From the IMG/VR virus record IMGVR_UViG_3300042940_000963, positions 1 to 37,354 of that record: a DNA stretch of 37,354 nt, one strand, 5' to 3'. A model generated the notes under the pieces. It was not told the DNA's origin. It made no database searches and saw nothing but the letters and a program-made list of their open reading frames with translations. How positions within the stretch are numbered: position 1 is the first letter of the stretch; each line of letters opens with the position of its first letter. Origin of the DNA: a virus (Duplodnaviria > Caudoviricetes). A program made the translations under genes and the position numbers. Positions 34,738-37,354 of the stretch are shown piece by piece.

Positions 34738-34905
34738 ATGACCGTTTCAAAACTCATTCAGCTTGCACAGCGCCGCATTGCTCGACTGGAGCAAGATCGC
34801 GTTAGTGCCGACCTCACCGGAGACACCGACGCGATGGAGCGGATTGATTCCGAAATCGCAGAAACGCAGACAACGCTTAATCAACTGCAAACGCTCTCGG
34901 AATAA
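34738..34905 (+). CDS. 55-aa coiled-coil protein
   Basis: Translated by hand: MTVSKLIQLAQRRIARLEQDRV...TTLNQLQTLSE*. Confidence 0.65.
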   Translation: MTVSKLIQLAQRRIARLEQDRVSADLTGDTDAMERIDSEIAETQTTLNQLQTLSE

Positions 34906-34908
34906 ACG

Positions 34909-35097
34909 ATGCTGCTGACGCTGCTCAGTTTCCAAGGCACGCCGCCACCGCCGCCGCCGCCGACACCGGACGAGTCGGACGTAATTATCGGCACCACGAG
35001 AGAGCGGCGCGTCCGAAAAATTGACGAAGAGGACTTAGAGACGCTCGAAATTTTTGCCACCACGCTTTTGATCTACCACCGCAACGGCCAACTCTGA
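34909..35097 (+). CDS. small poly-Pro protein
   Basis: [22 protein letters not shown]...; tightly packed between neighbours. Confidence 0.55.
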   Translation: MLLTLLSFQGTPPPPPPPTPDESDVIIGTTRERRVRKIDEEDLETLEIFATTLLIYHRNGQL

Positions 35098-35101
35098 CAC
35101 C

Positions 35102-37354
35102 ATGCAAGACCCACAACAGCAAATCAACAGCCTCATCGAGATGGCCGTCACGCAAAAGGCGGAACTCAAGCAGATCCTCGAATTTTTCCCAATCTTGCGC
35201 GACCACTTGTCCGGCGAGATCGAGCGCAGCCTTGAAGAGATCGAACCGGCGATTCGCTCGGAGCTGGAAATCTTTATCGCGGCGCGAGCGACCGACGCAC
35301 AGACCAAGATCAGCTCGGAGCTTTCCGCCAAAATCGACGCCATCACTCGCAGCCTAGAATCAACGACGGCGGCGCGTTATTCCGTGCTCATGGCCGAGCG
35401 CGAGAACAACGCTTCGCTTCTGACGCAGGCCGAGGCGCGAATCGCAGAGGCGGCGTCCGCTTTGCCGAGCGCGGTCAAGGAAATCGTCACCGACGAACTC
35501 TCACGCTTTCCGCGTGCCGGCGAAATCGATCAACTGCGGAAGGAATTTGCCGAGCCGAAGGGCCTGAACCCTCGCGGCAAGTGGACGCCGAACGACACCT
35601 ATCAAAAGTTGGACCTCGTGACGTTCAACGGCGATTCGTTCGTGTCGAACATCAACGACAACCGCGAAAGACCGGGCCGGAACGCGGAGAACTGGACGCT
35701 GAACGCCGCACGCGGCAACAGTGGCGGCGGCGGCGGCATTACTACGCTGACCGATCTTCTGCCGATCCCAACGAGCGGGCAAATCCTCGGCAGCGAAGGG
35801 CCGAGCTACGTGCCGAAGAACTTAGTGGCCGGCAGTAACATCACGATTACCGAGACGCCGACGACGATCACGATTACCGGCGACGAGGGACAAATCGAGT
35901 TGCAGGACGGAACCGAGGCAGCGCCGTCCCTCTTCTTCGTCAGCGATACCAACACCGGTATGTATCGCCCGGCAGCTGACACGGTGGGAATCGTTGGCGG
36001 CGGCAACGACGTGGTGCGGCTGACTGGCGTGGCGAGCGCGACGGATTACATTGAGGTCAAGAACGGAATCGGCGTTGCCACTCCGCTCCACATTCTCGCC
36101 GAGGGCGCGAGCACGAATATCGGCGTGCATTTGCAGCCAAAGGGCAGCGGACTTTTCACGATCAGCGACGGCACCGATTTTAACAAAGGCATACGCTTTC
36201 GCAGCTCGTCCAGCGCCGCAAGCGCAGTGACTTTGATTGACGCCGTTTCGACAGCCGGCCGCGTCGTCACTCTTCCCGACGCAACCGACACGCTCGTGGG
36301 ACGTGCGACCACGGACACGCTGACGAACAAGACCCTGACGAGTCCGACGATGACCGCGCCGGTGCTTGGCACACCGTCCAGCGGCACGCTGACGAGCTGC
36401 ACGGGCCTACCGCTCACGACGGGCGTGACCGGCACGCTACCAGTCGCCAACGGCGGCACAGGCGTGACCACCTCGACGGGCAGCGGCGCAAACGTGCTCT
36501 CTACGTCACCGACGCTCACGACGCCAATCTCGGCGTCTCTCACCTCGCCATCCGCCACCGACCTCACCCTCGCGGGCGGCAGCTCGGGGGCGAGTTTGGT
36601 GTTGTTTCAAGGCGCGAACGGCGCGGTAGGTATCGCATCAAACGGCACTGGTTCTGTTAATATCACCCCCGGTGCATCTGGCTCGGTCAATATCAACAGC
36701 GCAAGCGGCGTTGGCAAACTTGCGGTCCGCACTGGCACCGATGAAAACGCGCATTTCCGCACCGCCACGGCCATCGGCGGAACCGGCGTGGGGCTGGATA
36801 TGCTCAACAACGCCAACGGCGCAACGGTAGGCTTCACCCTTCGCGCCAGCGCCACGCGGCTCACTGGTGGCGTCGTCTCCGTCACCGACACCACCGCCAG
36901 CACGTCTACGACCACCGGGAGCCTTATCAACGCGGGCGGCTTCGGCAATGCGGGCGCGGCGTTTATCGGGGGCGCGGCGACGTTTGCGGCGCGGATTGGC
37001 ATCAATGGCGCACCCGCGAACAACGCTGCCGCAAACCTTGGCGGGATCATCCCAAATATCGGCGGGGACACAAACGGCGTTGGCTACTTATCGGCGGGGA
37101 CGTATCCCGCATCATTTACGGCTGGTGCGCACTCGTTTTACTCACTCCCGGCAAGCACCGCGTCGGCCTATACGCTTACGAATATGTCAGGCTTTTACGC
37201 CGCTGCCCCGACGAAGGGCGCAGGCTCGACGATCACGAATCTTTACGGAGTTTATGTCGAAGCTCTAACGGCAGGCACCAATAATTGGGCCTTCCGCAGC
37301 GTGGGAGCGGGTTTGGTTCAGATTGGCGACACCACCGCCAGCACATCCACCACG
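35102..37354 (+). CDS. long fibre protein, 3'-truncated
   Basis: ATG 35102 ([11 protein letters not shown]...) with no stop found before the window end, hence absent from the ORF track. Helical N-terminus, NPRGKW...YQKLDLV module, DGTEAAPSL and [12 protein letters not shown] fibre motifs. Confidence 0.85.
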   Translation, partial: MQDPQQQINSLIEMAVTQKAELKQILEFFPILRDHLSGEIERSLEEIEPAIRSELEIFIAARATDAQTKISSELSAKIDAITRSLESTTAARYSVLMAERENNASLLTQAEARIAEAASALPSAVKEIVTDELSRFPRAGEIDQLRKEFAEPKGLNPRGKWTPNDTYQKLDLVTFNGDSFVSNINDNRERPGRNAENWTLNAARGNSGGGGGITTLTDLLPIPTSGQILGSEGPSYVPKNLVAGSNITITETPTTITITGDEGQIELQDGTEAAPSLFFVSDTNTGMYRPAADTVGIVGGGNDVVRLTGVASATDYIEVKNGIGVATPLHILAEGASTNIGVHLQPKGSGLFTISDGTDFNKGIRFRSSSSAASAVTLIDAVSTAGRVVTLPDATDTLVGRATTDTLTNKTLTSPTMTAPVLGTPSSGTLTSCTGLPLTTGVTGTLPVANGGTGVTTSTGSGANVLSTSPTLTTPISASLTSPSATDLTLAGGSSGASLVLFQGANGAVGIASNGTGSVNITPGASGSVNINSASGVGKLAVRTGTDENAHFRTATAIGGTGVGLDMLNNANGATVGFTLRASATRLTGGVVSVTDTTASTSTTTGSLINAGGFGNAGAAFIGGAATFAARIGINGAPANNAAANLGGIIPNIGGDTNGVGYLSAGTYPASFTAGAHSFYSLPASTASAYTLTNMSGFYAAAPTKGAGSTITNLYGVYVEALTAGTNNWAFRSVGAGLVQIGDTTASTSTT
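36830..36906 (+). repeat. 77-bp exact direct repeat of bases 1-77
   Basis: Base-by-base identity, diverging after ...CAGCACGTC. Confidence 0.95.

Noticed and set aside
34940-34965. CCG microsatellite as a phase-variation tract
   Set aside because: It is an interrupted in-frame triplet run encoding poly-Pro, so slippage would not shift the frame.

Overview
The window is a near-complete genome of a tailed (siphovirus-type) phage, with all credible genes on the + strand. It opens and closes inside one long Thr/Ser/Gly-rich fibre gene (35102..end, continuing as 1..819). Gene order: fibre C-terminus, small ORFs, beta-helix-like protein, holin, protease/scaffold, capsid decoration protein, major capsid protein, two glycosyltransferases, head-tail and tail genes (chaperone with a -1 frameshift, tape measure, tail tip J). 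Next come early genes (secreted lysozyme-like protein, RecT/RecE-like pair, RusA), a DUF1376-type initiator with iterons, DnaB-like helicase and a methyltransferase. The packaging region follows: a lambda-like cos candidate, ParB-like and Mom-like genes, TerS, a three-gene insert, gpA-type TerL, gpW, portal and further structural genes. I found no integrase or clear repressor. The most striking observation is a 76-nt tRNA-Gly(UCC)-like cloverleaf with encoded CCA inside the 3' end of the Mom-like gene (26854-26929). It keeps the GlyRS identity elements but breaks canonical T-arm and U8 features, suggesting a dedicated glycyl-donor RNA for DNA hypermodification. Other leads are a pseudoknotted attenuator before the initiator, a TTTGAC motif heading late modules, an optional 147-aa fibre module, and a possible virion glycosylation set. 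Family assignments come from recognised motifs and synteny; no searches were run.
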